Origin: Myxococcota bacterium
GTDB taxonomy: Bacteria; Myxococcota_A; UBA796; SXON01
Assembly: GCA_040386535.1 (NCBI GenBank)
Contig: JAZKFH010000008.1
Coordinates: forward strand, 176,011 to 240,010
Length of the DNA stretch: 64,000 nucleotides
Direction of reading: 5' to 3'
The notes beneath the pieces were generated by a model. It saw nothing but the letters and a program-made list of their open reading frames with translations. It did not search any database and was not told where the DNA came from. A program made the translations under genes and the position numbers. This document shows positions 29,286 to 37,884 of this stretch, in pieces (position 1 is the first letter of the stretch; each line of letters starts with the position of its first letter).

Positions 29286-30635
29286 GTGAGCTTCCTACTC
29301 CCGGACCTCGTCTATTCCGAAGGTGCGCTCCGCTCCGGCCTCGCCGTGTGGCTCCTCGGGCCCAGCATCGCCGGCGTCTTCCCCGCAGAGGAGCTGCCGG
29401 CAGGCGCGGATGTGGAGCGGCTCCCCGGCCGCGCGCTCCTCCCCGGCTTCGTCAACGCGCACTCCCACGCGTTCCAGCGCGGCTTGCGCGGGCACGTCCA
29501 GTATGCGGATGGCGCGGATTCGTTCTGGACCTGGCGGGACCGCATGTACCGCCTCGCCAACACCCTCGACCCCGACGGTATCGAGGCCGTCTCCGCCCTC
29601 GCCTTCCTCGAGATGGTGCGCGCCGGCTTCACGACGGTGGGCGAGTTCCACTACCTCCAGCACGCGCCCGACGGCACCCCCTACGCCGACCCCGACGAGC
29701 TCGCCCGGCGCGTCGTCGCCGCGGCGGAGCGCGTCGGCATCCGCATCGTGCTCCTGCGCGTCGCCTACGCCCGCGCCGGCGTCGGGCTCGCCCCCAACCC
29801 GCTCCAGCGCCGCTTCTACGATCGGGGCCCGGACGATGTCCTCGCCGCTGTCGCCCGCCTCCGCGCCAGCGGCGTCACGGTGGGCCTCGCGCCGCACTCC
29901 GTCCGCGCCTGCCCCGCCGATTGGCTGCGCGCGTTCGCCGGCTTCGACGGCCCGGTCCACGCGCACGTCGACGAGCAGCCCGCCGAGATCGCCGCGTCGC
30001 TGAAGGAGCACGGCCGCACGCCGCTGCAGGTGTTCGCCGACGCGGGCCTCGTGAACGAGCGCTTCACCGCGGTGCACCTCACGCACCCCGATGACGACGA
30101 GCTCGCCCTGCTCCGTGCCGCGGGCGGGCGGGTGTGCGTGTGCCCCACCACCGAGCTCGACCTGGGGGACGGCCTCTTCCCCGTCGCGCGCGCCGCCGGC
30201 ATCGACCTGTGCATCGGCTCCGACAGCCACGCGCTGATCGACCCGTTCACCGAGATGCGCAGCATCGAGTGGCACGCGCGCGCCGCGAGCGGCCGCCGCA
30301 ACGTGCTCGGCCCCTTCGCGGATCCGGACGGACTCGCGCGCGCCCTCCTCGACGCCGGGACGCGGGGCGGGGCAACAGCGCTCGGCCTCACCGTGCCGAA
30401 GCCGAACGCGGGCACGATCGCGCCCAACACCCCCGCGGATCTCGTCGCCATCGATCTGAACGACATCGCGCTACGCGGCGCGCGCATCCTCCCCGCGCTC
30501 GTGTTCTCGGGCCACCCCGGCCTCGTGACGGACGTGTGGGTCGGCGGGCGCCGGATCGTCGGGGGGCGGCATCACGTCGGCGCCGAGGCCATCGTAGCGG
30601 CGGCGGAGCGCGCGTTGGAGAAGGCGGGGGGGTGA
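29286..30635 (+). CDS. hutF: Formimidoylglutamate deiminase
   Basis: PGFVNAHSHAFQRGLRG, SFWTWRDRMY, VGEFHYLQH, APHSVRA, CPTTELDLGDG, IGSDSH. Confidence 0.92.
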   Translation: MSFLLPDLVYSEGALRSGLAVWLLGPSIAGVFPAEELPAGADVERLPGRALLPGFVNAHSHAFQRGLRGHVQYADGADSFWTWRDRMYRLANTLDPDGIEAVSALAFLEMVRAGFTTVGEFHYLQHAPDGTPYADPDELARRVVAAAERVGIRIVLLRVAYARAGVGLAPNPLQRRFYDRGPDDVLAAVARLRASGVTVGLAPHSVRACPADWLRAFAGFDGPVHAHVDEQPAEIAASLKEHGRTPLQVFADAGLVNERFTAVHLTHPDDDELALLRAAGGRVCVCPTTELDLGDGLFPVARAAGIDLCIGSDSHALIDPFTEMRSIEWHARAASGRRNVLGPFADPDGLARALLDAGTRGGATALGLTVPKPNAGTIAPNTPADLVAIDLNDIALRGARILPALVFSGHPGLVTDVWVGGRRIVGGRHHVGAEAIVAAAERALEKAGG

Positions 30636-30658
30636 TTTCGGGAGCTAGAGTTTTTGGG

Positions 30659-30675
30659 GCGGGGCTCCGCCCCGC
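30659..30675. repeat. Short GC palindrome (REP-like / terminator hairpin) between convergent genes
   Basis: GCGGGGC-TCC-GCCCCGC. Confidence 0.45.
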
Positions 30676-30705
30676 AACGCCCGGAGGCACGCAGTCCTCA
30701 GCCTC

Positions 30706-31830
30706 TCAGTCCAGCCGGCACCGGCGCGCCACGACCTCCTCCACCACGTCGACCGCGCGGTGGAGCTCCCCGATCGGCACGTATTCGTCGGCCTTGTGGG
30801 CCACGTCGATGCTGCCGGGGCCAAACACGATCGTGCGCACGCCCATCCGCTCGAAGTTGCCGCCATCGGTCGCGAACGCCGCGGCCGCGGTGTCCGGCGA
30901 GGCCGCCCAGGGCCGCAGCAACGTCTCGAGCGGAGTTCCGGCGGGCGTCAACATGGCCGGCGTGACGCGCACGAGCTCGGCGCGCACGCTCCCGAGGGGC
31001 TCGACGACAGCGCGGAGCTCCTCGAACAGCCCCTCCGGCGACATCCCGGGCAACGGGCGGAAGCCCACATCGATGATGCAGCGGTCGGGCACGATGTTCA
31101 CTGCGTTGCCGCCGTGGATCGTGGCGACGTTCATCACGACGAACGGGCGCTCGAGCAGCTCCGGGAACCGCACGTCGTGCCGCCACCGCTCGGCCAGCGC
31201 GTCGAGCGCGTCGATCACCCGCGCCGCGAGGCGGATCGCGTTCGCGCCGAGGTCGGGCTTGCTCGAGTGGGCCGCGCGCCCCGCGCACGTGATGCGCGCC
31301 GCGACGTGCCCCGGGTGCATCCGCAACATCTGGAACGAAGTCGGCTCCCCGATGAGTGCCATCGACGGGAGCGTGCGCCCCTCGGCCGCGTAGCGCTCGG
31401 CGATGCCGCGGGAGCCGAGGCAGCCCACCTCCTCGTCGTGCGTGAAGATCAGCACGAGCTCCCGGCGCAGATCGCGCGGCGGCGTGCGCGTCAGCGCCGC
31501 GACGATGGCGGCGAGGAACGCCTTCATGTCGCACGCGCCGCGCCCCACGAGCCGGTCGTCGCGTCGGGTCAGCTGGAAGGGGTCGGAGGTCCACGGCTGC
31601 CCCTCGACGGGGACCACGTCCATGTGCCCGGAGAGCACGATCCCGTCGGTGCCGGAGGGGCCCGCCGAGCAGACGAGGTTGCACTTGCCGGGCTCGGTCG
31701 CCGCCAGCGTCTCGACACGCATCCCCACCGCCTCGAGGCGGTTCGCGAGGTCGGCCGCGATGCCGGTCACTGGGCGGTCCGACACCGTAGGCCAGGCGAC
31801 GAGTCGGCCGAGGAGCTCTTCAACGTCCAT
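30706..31830 (-). CDS. argE: Acetylornithine deacetylase-like M20 amidohydrolase
   Basis: LSGHMDVVP, GRGACDMK, HDEEVGC, IGEPT, GRAAHSS, GPGSIDVAHKADEY. Confidence 0.85.
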   Translation of the reverse strand: MDVEELLGRLVAWPTVSDRPVTGIAADLANRLEAVGMRVETLAATEPGKCNLVCSAGPSGTDGIVLSGHMDVVPVEGQPWTSDPFQLTRRDDRLVGRGACDMKAFLAAIVAALTRTPPRDLRRELVLIFTHDEEVGCLGSRGIAERYAAEGRTLPSMALIGEPTSFQMLRMHPGHVAARITCAGRAAHSSKPDLGANAIRLAARVIDALDALAERWRHDVRFPELLERPFVVMNVATIHGGNAVNIVPDRCIIDVGFRPLPGMSPEGLFEELRAVVEPLGSVRAELVRVTPAMLTPAGTPLETLLRPWAASPDTAAAAFATDGGNFERMGVRTIVFGPGSIDVAHKADEYVPIGELHRAVDVVEEVVARRCRLD

Positions 31831-32737
31831 CGGGCTTCTTCCGGGAGGCGGGAGCCTTGCGAGGAGCCGCGGAGGCGGGCGCGGCTGCCGTCGTGACCTC
31901 ACGCGCCACGTCCTTGGCGGACGTGACCTCTTCTTCGGCGACTTTTTCGGGCGTCTCTTCTTTCTTCGCGCCGCTCTCGGCGTCCGCCTTGGCCGGCGCC
32001 GAGGTCGACTTCGGCTCCGCCGCCTTCTCCGCTGTCCCGGCGCCTTTCTTGTCGCCCTTCTTGTCGTCCTTCTTCGCCTCCTCCTCCTCCGGCCCGTCCC
32101 ACCAGTGGTGGTTGCGCTGGTTCCGCCACACCGGCACCGGCGCGCTGGTGTCGGTCACTCGGAGGATCGCGTCGGCGCGCTGGAACAAGGCGGGGGCCTG
32201 GGTCGCGGGGCAGCTCTCACCTTCGGCGACGAAGGGCCTCTCCTCCGCGGAGGAGGAGGGCGCGAGGAGGGCCGAGGGGAGATCCACCTGGACGGGCACC
32301 GTCTCGAACGCGGCGCGCTCGGCTGCCACGGCCTGATCGAGCAGGAGCGCGCCACGCGACAGGTCACCGGCGCACAGGGACTCCGCGGCGCGGCGGTAGA
32401 GCTGCGTCGTCTTGTGCCAGCGGGTCGGATCGGGGAGGGTGAAGCCCGTGGCGCCGCGCGCCACGCGGAGGTGCCAGTCCCGCTGGTCCGCCATCTCTTT
32501 CTGCTCGGCGCGCTGCACCATCTGGATCTCGCCGAGGCGGCGCTCCACGAAGGCGAGGAGGGCGTCCCGCTTCTCGGTGGCCGCGCCCAGCAGCGCGCCG
32601 ACCTGGTTGTTCCCCACCTTCTTCGCCAGCAGGGCGAGCTCCTTGCCGCCGGCGTCGCGAAGGCGATCGCGCGCGCCGCCGCGGGCGCGGGTAACCGGCA
32701 CATCGCCGAGGCCGGGGTTGCGCTTCTGCCGACTCAC
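31820..32737 (-). CDS. Hypothetical protein, candidate CIS-associated/cargo; Lys/Glu-rich tail
   Basis: GTG start with GGAG; LLAKKVGNNQVGALL resembles the LQRxxGNxAVxxLL motif; divergent from the CIS operon. Confidence 0.65.
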   Translation of the reverse strand: MSRQKRNPGLGDVPVTRARGGARDRLRDAGGKELALLAKKVGNNQVGALLGAATEKRDALLAFVERRLGEIQMVQRAEQKEMADQRDWHLRVARGATGFTLPDPTRWHKTTQLYRRAAESLCAGDLSRGALLLDQAVAAERAAFETVPVQVDLPSALLAPSSSAEERPFVAEGESCPATQAPALFQRADAILRVTDTSAPVPVWRNQRNHHWWDGPEEEEAKKDDKKGDKKGAGTAEKAAEPKSTSAPAKADAESGAKKEETPEKVAEEEVTSAKDVAREVTTAAAPASAAPRKAPASRKKPDGR

Positions 32738-32792
32738 GGCGTCTCCCTATCCGATCGGCCTCGCTCCGCGCCGGAGCTCGACGTACCTCGGG

Positions 32793-32798
32793 TAGAAT
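32793..32798 (+). promoter_or_regulatory. Putative -10 element of the CIS structural operon
   Basis: TAGAAT 9 nt before ATG 32808 in a 70-bp divergent intergenic region; no SD. Confidence 0.5.
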
Positions 32799-32807
32799 CT
32801 TGCGCTC

Positions 32808-33263
32808 ATGGCCACGGATCCCACGCTCCGCCTCCGCCGCCGCCTCCCGGGCGACCGCCTGGCTACGGAAGAGCGCGGGCTCGCGCGGCTCCTCGCCCGC
32901 GAGCGGCCGGACACGCGGCCCGATCCGGTCCCCGCGCGCGACAAGCAGGGCGCGCGCGCACCCGTGCAGCGCGACACGACCCATGTGGCCTCGTGCCGCC
33001 CCAACGCGCCGCTCCTGATTCGTATCGTGCGGTACCCGTTCGCCCTGCCCACCACGCGCGGCACCCGGCAGAAGTACCGGGATGAGGTGGAGAAGTTCAT
33101 CCGTGTGGACTGGTCGTCGGAGGTGGCCGCCGCGCTTGCCGATCGCGCGAGACTGAGGTTTACTTCCGCGGGGCGAGGGCGGCCGTTGCCGTTCACCGTC
33201 CGGCCCAGCGTCTGGTCCATCCTTCCGACCGAACCCTCCCCGAAGACTGGAGACGAGCGTTGA
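32808..33263 (+). CDS. Arg-rich hypothetical protein, first gene of the CIS operon
   Basis: High GC3 codons; stop overlaps the TTG start of the next gene (TTGA). Confidence 0.65.
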   Translation: MATDPTLRLRRRLPGDRLATEERGLARLLARERPDTRPDPVPARDKQGARAPVQRDTTHVASCRPNAPLLIRIVRYPFALPTTRGTRQKYRDEVEKFIRVDWSSEVAAALADRARLRFTSAGRGRPLPFTVRPSVWSILPTEPSPKTGDER

Positions 33264-34150
33264 ACCCCGCCGAAGAAGCCGAGCAGCTCCGCGCGACGGG
33301 TGGTCCTGCCTCGGGCCGGAGCATCATCGGCGAGACCACCGAGGCCATCCACAAGTTCCTCCTCGAGGGCTACAAGCTCACCGACATGCCGCCGCGCATC
33401 GAGGAAGAGCTGAAGTTCATCCCCAAGGATCGTGAGGAGATCCTCTACATCTACATGTACAGGGTGGCGCAGAACGCCAACCTGATGAACCAGAAGCGGC
33501 TGCGCCAGGCGCCGGTCTTCGTGAAGGACGATCCGGAGAAGGGGGGGGAGGTCTACTTCCACCGCCCACCCGTCCTGCTCGACCTGTTCTACCTGATCTC
33601 GGTGCACTCCAAGTTCCGCTCCGACGCCGAGCGGCTCCTGGGCTGGGTCCTGCTCCGCCTCAACGAGGCCACGCACCTCATCTACCGGCCGCGCCGCTTC
33701 ATGCTGCCCGACGGGCGTGAGGTCGACAGCCTCGGCCGCACCTACGACGCGAAGAACTTCGAGGGCCAGAAGGTCAACTCGGAGGGCGAGCCCGAAGAGG
33801 ATGACGGCCTGTTCATCGAAAAAGTGTCGCTCGCGCTGGTCGATGATCTCACCGTTGGCGACGCGATCAACCTCTTCACGTTGCACGAAGCTCCATACCG
33901 CCCCTTCTTGACCTACCGGGCACGTGTGGCGCTAGATGGACCGCTCTACAAGTCTTCCGGCGGTGCGACCATTCGGTTGCCCCGTCTGGAGAGGACCTCA
34001 CCCCCGACGGACGGCCAGGGGGACTCCCCCAACGGCCGCAAACGCTCGGGGGGGAAGGGGTCCCCACCGCCAACGCTCAAAACGCCCCCTGGGCCGAAAC
34101 CGTACATGCTCCGCAAGAACGCGGACGCTGACAATGAATCGGAGGATTGA
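33260..34150 (+). CDS. Pvc16/Afp16-like (DUF4255) tail terminator/cap protein
   Basis: IIGETTEAIHKFL, LYIYMYRVAQN, PPVLLDLFYLIS, ERLLGWVL, YRPFLTYRARV; directly upstream of the sheath. Confidence 0.85.
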   Translation: MNPAEEAEQLRATGGPASGRSIIGETTEAIHKFLLEGYKLTDMPPRIEEELKFIPKDREEILYIYMYRVAQNANLMNQKRLRQAPVFVKDDPEKGGEVYFHRPPVLLDLFYLISVHSKFRSDAERLLGWVLLRLNEATHLIYRPRRFMLPDGREVDSLGRTYDAKNFEGQKVNSEGEPEEDDGLFIEKVSLALVDDLTVGDAINLFTLHEAPYRPFLTYRARVALDGPLYKSSGGATIRLPRLERTSPPTDGQGDSPNGRKRSGGKGSPPPTLKTPPGPKPYMLRKNADADNESED

Positions 34151-34158
34151 GGACAAAA

Positions 34159-35958
34159 ATGGAATACCATACCCCAGGCGTTTACATTCGTGAGGTCGAT
34201 AGCGGTCCGAAGCCGATCTCCTCGGTTTCGACCAGCACCCCCGGCTTCATCGGACTCTTCGAGTTCCACCCGCCCCACGACGCGATCGCGATCACCGGGA
34301 GCAACGGCAAGCGCCAGCTCCGCGGCAAGGTCGTTCCCCAGCTCGTCGACGAGAAGGGCGCGGTCAAGGGCGATGCGAACGAGGCCTCCACGGCCCTCGC
34401 CCAGGCGTTCAAGCTCGGCCGCAAGGACGTGCGCGACGTGAAGAAGTACCTCGAGCTCTTCGGCGCGCCGAAGGCCGGCCCCGCCGCGCCCAAGTTCGAG
34501 GCGGGCGCCAAGGGCAAGGTCAAGATCACCTGGGCCGAGAAGTCGGTCGAGGTGGCCGAAGTCAACATGGGCGTTGACGGCAAGGTCATCACGGACAGCG
34601 ACGAGTCCGTCGAGAAGCTCCTCAACAGCCTCCACGAGACCTTCCCCCTCGAGAAGGCCGCCCCGAAGACCGCTGCCGACGTGCTCGCGGTCTACGGCTA
34701 CGACGTGAAGGGCACCGAAGGCACCGCGCTCCGCTCGGAGTACTCGGTCCCCCCGGTCGGCATCACGAACAAGGCCGAGTTCTTCCGCTGGCTCCAGAGC
34801 TACTTCGCCCAGTACCTCATCGAGACCCGCCCCATCGAGGACCTCGTCGGTCGCACCTTCACCGACCTCGACGAAGCGGCGGACGCCGTCTACGAAGCCA
34901 TCGCGAACGACGACGCGCTGAAGAAGGAGTTCCGCGACTTCCTCTCCCAGCCCTCCGTCTTCAACTTCGTGGCGGGCGTCAACGGCTTCTACGACAACGG
35001 CGGCGGCAAGTGCTACGTCTACCTCATGGGCGCGCCGGACACGGCGACCTCGATCCGTGAGAACCAGGCGGACAAGATCGGCCTCTACGCGTTCGACGAC
35101 GTCGACGACATGGCCCTCATGGTCGCCCCGGGCTGCCTCCCCCACCAGCAGAAGGAGATGCTCGAGCTCTGCGAGATCCGCAAGGACCGCTTCGCGATCC
35201 TCGATGGGCCGATCGTCTCCGACGGCGCCATGGACATCCCGGCCTCGAACAAGGGCTACGGCGCGATCTACGTGCCCTGGCTCAAGATCACGAAGCCGAG
35301 CTGGTTCACCGGCAACCAGGACCACATCAAGGTCACCGGCCCGAACCGCCGCAAGCTCATCAAGACCGAGAAGAACGAGCTGTTCGTGCCCCCCTCCGGG
35401 CACATGGCCGGTGTCTTCGCGCGCGTCGACTCCGAGCGCGGCGTCCACAAGGCCCCGGCGAACGAGATCACGATGGGCATCGTCGGCCTGTCGCAGAACA
35501 TCAACCGCCTGGAGCAGGGGCAGTACAACGATCGCGGCATCAACGTGATCCGCATCTTCAAGGACCGCGGCATCCGCGTCTGGGGTGCGCGTACCCTCGG
35601 CACGATGTCCGACGCGTCCTGGAAGTACATCAACGTGCGTCGCCTCTTCATCATGATCGAGCAGTCGATCATGATCGGCAGCCAGTGGGCGGTGTTCGAG
35701 CCGAACGACCACACCCTCTGGAAGAAGCTGACCCGCGACGTGCGTGCGTACCTCATGCGCGTCTGGCGCTCCGGCGCGCTCTTCGGCCAGACCCCCGAAG
35801 AGGCGTTCTACGTCAAGTGTGACGACGAGACCAATCCCCGCTACTTGATCGACGCGGGCCAGGTCAACGTGCAGATCGGCATCTGCCCCGTGAAGCCCGC
35901 CGAGTTCGTCATCTTCAGCATCGGCCAGTGGGACGGCGGCGCGCTCATCGAGGAGTAG
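34159..35958 (+). CDS. Contractile tail sheath protein 1 (with large insertions)
   Basis: YHTPGVYIREV, GFYDNGG, VPPSGHMAGV, RGVHKAPAN, VWGARTL, YINVRRL, WAVFEPND, PVKPAEFV. Confidence 0.96.
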   Translation: MEYHTPGVYIREVDSGPKPISSVSTSTPGFIGLFEFHPPHDAIAITGSNGKRQLRGKVVPQLVDEKGAVKGDANEASTALAQAFKLGRKDVRDVKKYLELFGAPKAGPAAPKFEAGAKGKVKITWAEKSVEVAEVNMGVDGKVITDSDESVEKLLNSLHETFPLEKAAPKTAADVLAVYGYDVKGTEGTALRSEYSVPPVGITNKAEFFRWLQSYFAQYLIETRPIEDLVGRTFTDLDEAADAVYEAIANDDALKKEFRDFLSQPSVFNFVAGVNGFYDNGGGKCYVYLMGAPDTATSIRENQADKIGLYAFDDVDDMALMVAPGCLPHQQKEMLELCEIRKDRFAILDGPIVSDGAMDIPASNKGYGAIYVPWLKITKPSWFTGNQDHIKVTGPNRRKLIKTEKNELFVPPSGHMAGVFARVDSERGVHKAPANEITMGIVGLSQNINRLEQGQYNDRGINVIRIFKDRGIRVWGARTLGTMSDASWKYINVRRLFIMIEQSIMIGSQWAVFEPNDHTLWKKLTRDVRAYLMRVWRSGALFGQTPEEAFYVKCDDETNPRYLIDAGQVNVQIGICPVKPAEFVIFSIGQWDGGALIEE

Positions 35959-35977
35959 CACCGGCGCCCGACAAGAC

Positions 35978-36017
35978 GGCCGGGACGTGGGGGCAACCCT
36001 GCGTCCCGGCCTGTTTT
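35978..36017 (+). terminator. Intrinsic terminator after sheath 1
   Basis: GGCCGGGACGTGGGG-GCAA-CCCTGCGTCCCGGCC (15-bp stem, GNRA loop) followed by TGTTTT. Confidence 0.8.
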
Positions 36018-36018
36018 G

Positions 36019-36053
36019 GTAGAAGCTACACTAGTAGAAGCAGTCGTAGAAGC
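36019..36053 (+). repeat. Three GTAGAAGC direct repeats around a TACACT -10-like hexamer
   Basis: Copies at 36019, 36034 and 36046; TACACT at 36027-36032. Confidence 0.7.
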
Positions 36054-36076
36054 AGCAGTACCGCAGGAGCATCGTC

Positions 36077-36442
36077 ATGGAGCTGAAGACCGAGTACGAG
36101 TTCATCCTCCCCCGGGGGTACGTCGACAAGGACGGCACGCTCCACCGCGAAGGCGTCATGCGCCTCGCGAACGCGAAGGACGAGATCGTCCCGCTGAACG
36201 ACATGCGCGTGCAGCGCAACCGGGCCTACCTCATCATCGTGCTCCTGAGCCGGGTCATCCCGCGTCTCGGCAACCTCGGCGAGGTCAACACCGGCGTCAT
36301 CGAGAACCTGTTCGCGGGTGACCTCCGCTTCCTCGAAGAGATGTACAACCGCATCAACGAGGACGAAGCCACCATCCAGGTGACCTGCCCCGAGTGCGGG
36401 ACGAAGTTCGAGAAGGAGTTCGGCCGCCTGGGGGAATCGTAA
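36077..36442 (+). CDS. Putative tail assembly chaperone with C-terminal CxxC
   Basis: TEYEFILPRGYVDKDGTLHREGVMRLA...DLRFLEEMYNRIN...VTCPECG, the small protein typical of sheath/tube neighbourhoods in CIS loci; AGGAG SD. Confidence 0.8.
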   Translation: MELKTEYEFILPRGYVDKDGTLHREGVMRLANAKDEIVPLNDMRVQRNRAYLIIVLLSRVIPRLGNLGEVNTGVIENLFAGDLRFLEEMYNRINEDEATIQVTCPECGTKFEKEFGRLGES

Positions 36443-36597
36443 GCTACCCCTTGGAGAACATCTTCAAGGAGGTAGCGTTCATCGCGTACCACTTCCATTG
36501 GGACCGTGAAACCTGCCTCGTGATGCCGCACAAGGAGCGGCATGCGTGGGTCAAGGAGATCTCGGCCATCAACGAAAAGATCAACGCGCCCAGGTAG
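36430..36597 (+). CDS. DUF6760-like peptide, probably a -1 frameshift extension of the chaperone
   Basis: YPLENIFKEVAFIAYHFHW...MPHKERHAWVKEISAIN; no ATG/SD at its head; frame opens across G GGG GAA at 36430-36436. Confidence 0.75.
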   Translation, partial: GGIVSYPLENIFKEVAFIAYHFHWDRETCLVMPHKERHAWVKEISAINEKINAPR

Positions 36598-36680
36598 GGC
36601 CACGCCAGGTCGGTCCCCGCTCGCTCGTCCGTGGTTCACGGCGAGGCCGAGCGGGGCCGACCATTCTCCCCCGAGCGCCC

Positions 36681-37868
36681 ATGCGTCCAGGCATCAGCAT
36701 CCAGCACGGGACCCTCGCGAACCGCTCGCAGGGGCTCGTCCGTTGTGACATCGGCGGGATCATCGGCTTTCTCACGCGGGAGCGCTGGCCCGAAGAGGCC
36801 TCGGCCGGGGACTTCATCGAGATCGTCCTTCGCCGCTGGACCGAGCTGGACGATCATCCGCAGCGTCTCCTGTTCGACCCGGCCTCGCGCCGGGCGGTCC
36901 GCTCGTTCTTCGAGAACGGGGGCGACACCCTCCACCTCTTCGCCGTGTGCGTGGAGTCGGAGGACGAGCTGAAGCACCGCACGGGAGACGACGGCCCGCT
37001 CGCGCCGCTCCTGCACCGGCTCCGCGCCGAGGACGACATCGCGCTGCTCGCGGTGCCCTCGGCCGCCTACATGCGCTGCGAGGTGCTCCGCAACGGCAAG
37101 GTCCGCTGTGACGCGGACGCCCTGTACGACGAGCTGCTGGCGCACTGCCGGCAGATGACGAACCGCTTCTTGATCATCGACGCGCCGCGCGGCCTCCACG
37201 GCGACGTGCTGCTCCGCTGGTTCGAGTCCTTCCGGCAACGGGAGCCCGAGAACCGAAGCTACGGCGCCGTCTACTACCCGTGGCTCAAGCGCGCCGACGA
37301 GACCTTTCCGCCCTCCGGCTCCTTGATGGGCGTGTTCGCGCGCACGGAGCTCGAGCGCGCCCCGTTCGGGGTGGCGTGGCCGCCGGCGAACGTGCCGGTG
37401 CTGGGCGTCACCCACACCGAGGTCGACATGGACTGGGGCGAGGCCGGCCAGATCAGCGACGCCGGGGTCAACCCCATCGTGGTCCAGCCGGGCCGCGGCG
37501 TGGTGGTCTGGGGCGCGCGCACCATGTCCGCCGACCCCGCGTGGACCTTCATCAACAGCCGCCGCATCGTCAGCATGATCAGCGAGCAGCTGCGCCGAGA
37601 CAACGAGTGGGCGGTCTTCGAGGTGAACGACACGTCGTTGTGGAAGGTCATCGAGCGCGACGTGCTGGTCCGGCTCGAACAATTTTGGGAAGCCGGATTG
37701 ATCTCCGGAACTCGATCTCGGGCGGAATATTCGGTAGAATGCAACGAAGGCACGAACCCGCTCGAAGCCCGGGATAGCGGGATGCTGAACGTGCAGGTAG
37801 CGTTACGACCGGTTGGGACGATGGAGCGGATCCTCATCGATCTGCGGTTAGGTACGGGCGGCCCCTGA
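36681..37868 (+). CDS. Contractile tail sheath protein 2 (short, divergent)
   Basis: AVRSFFENGG, RFLIIDAP, GAVYYPWL, PPSG, VAWPPAN, VWGARTM, WAVFEVND. Confidence 0.92.
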   Translation: MRPGISIQHGTLANRSQGLVRCDIGGIIGFLTRERWPEEASAGDFIEIVLRRWTELDDHPQRLLFDPASRRAVRSFFENGGDTLHLFAVCVESEDELKHRTGDDGPLAPLLHRLRAEDDIALLAVPSAAYMRCEVLRNGKVRCDADALYDELLAHCRQMTNRFLIIDAPRGLHGDVLLRWFESFRQREPENRSYGAVYYPWLKRADETFPPSGSLMGVFARTELERAPFGVAWPPANVPVLGVTHTEVDMDWGEAGQISDAGVNPIVVQPGRGVVVWGARTMSADPAWTFINSRRIVSMISEQLRRDNEWAVFEVNDTSLWKVIERDVLVRLEQFWEAGLISGTRSRAEYSVECNEGTNPLEARDSGMLNVQVALRPVGTMERILIDLRLGTGGP

Positions 37869-37884
37869 GCTTCGGAGGTGTTCA

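Noticed and set aside
36394..36429. Called start of the 67-aa DUF6760 ORF at 36394
   Set aside because: It lies inside the chaperone CDS without a clear SD, and the family-like sequence starts only after the slippery site; a frameshift explains it better.
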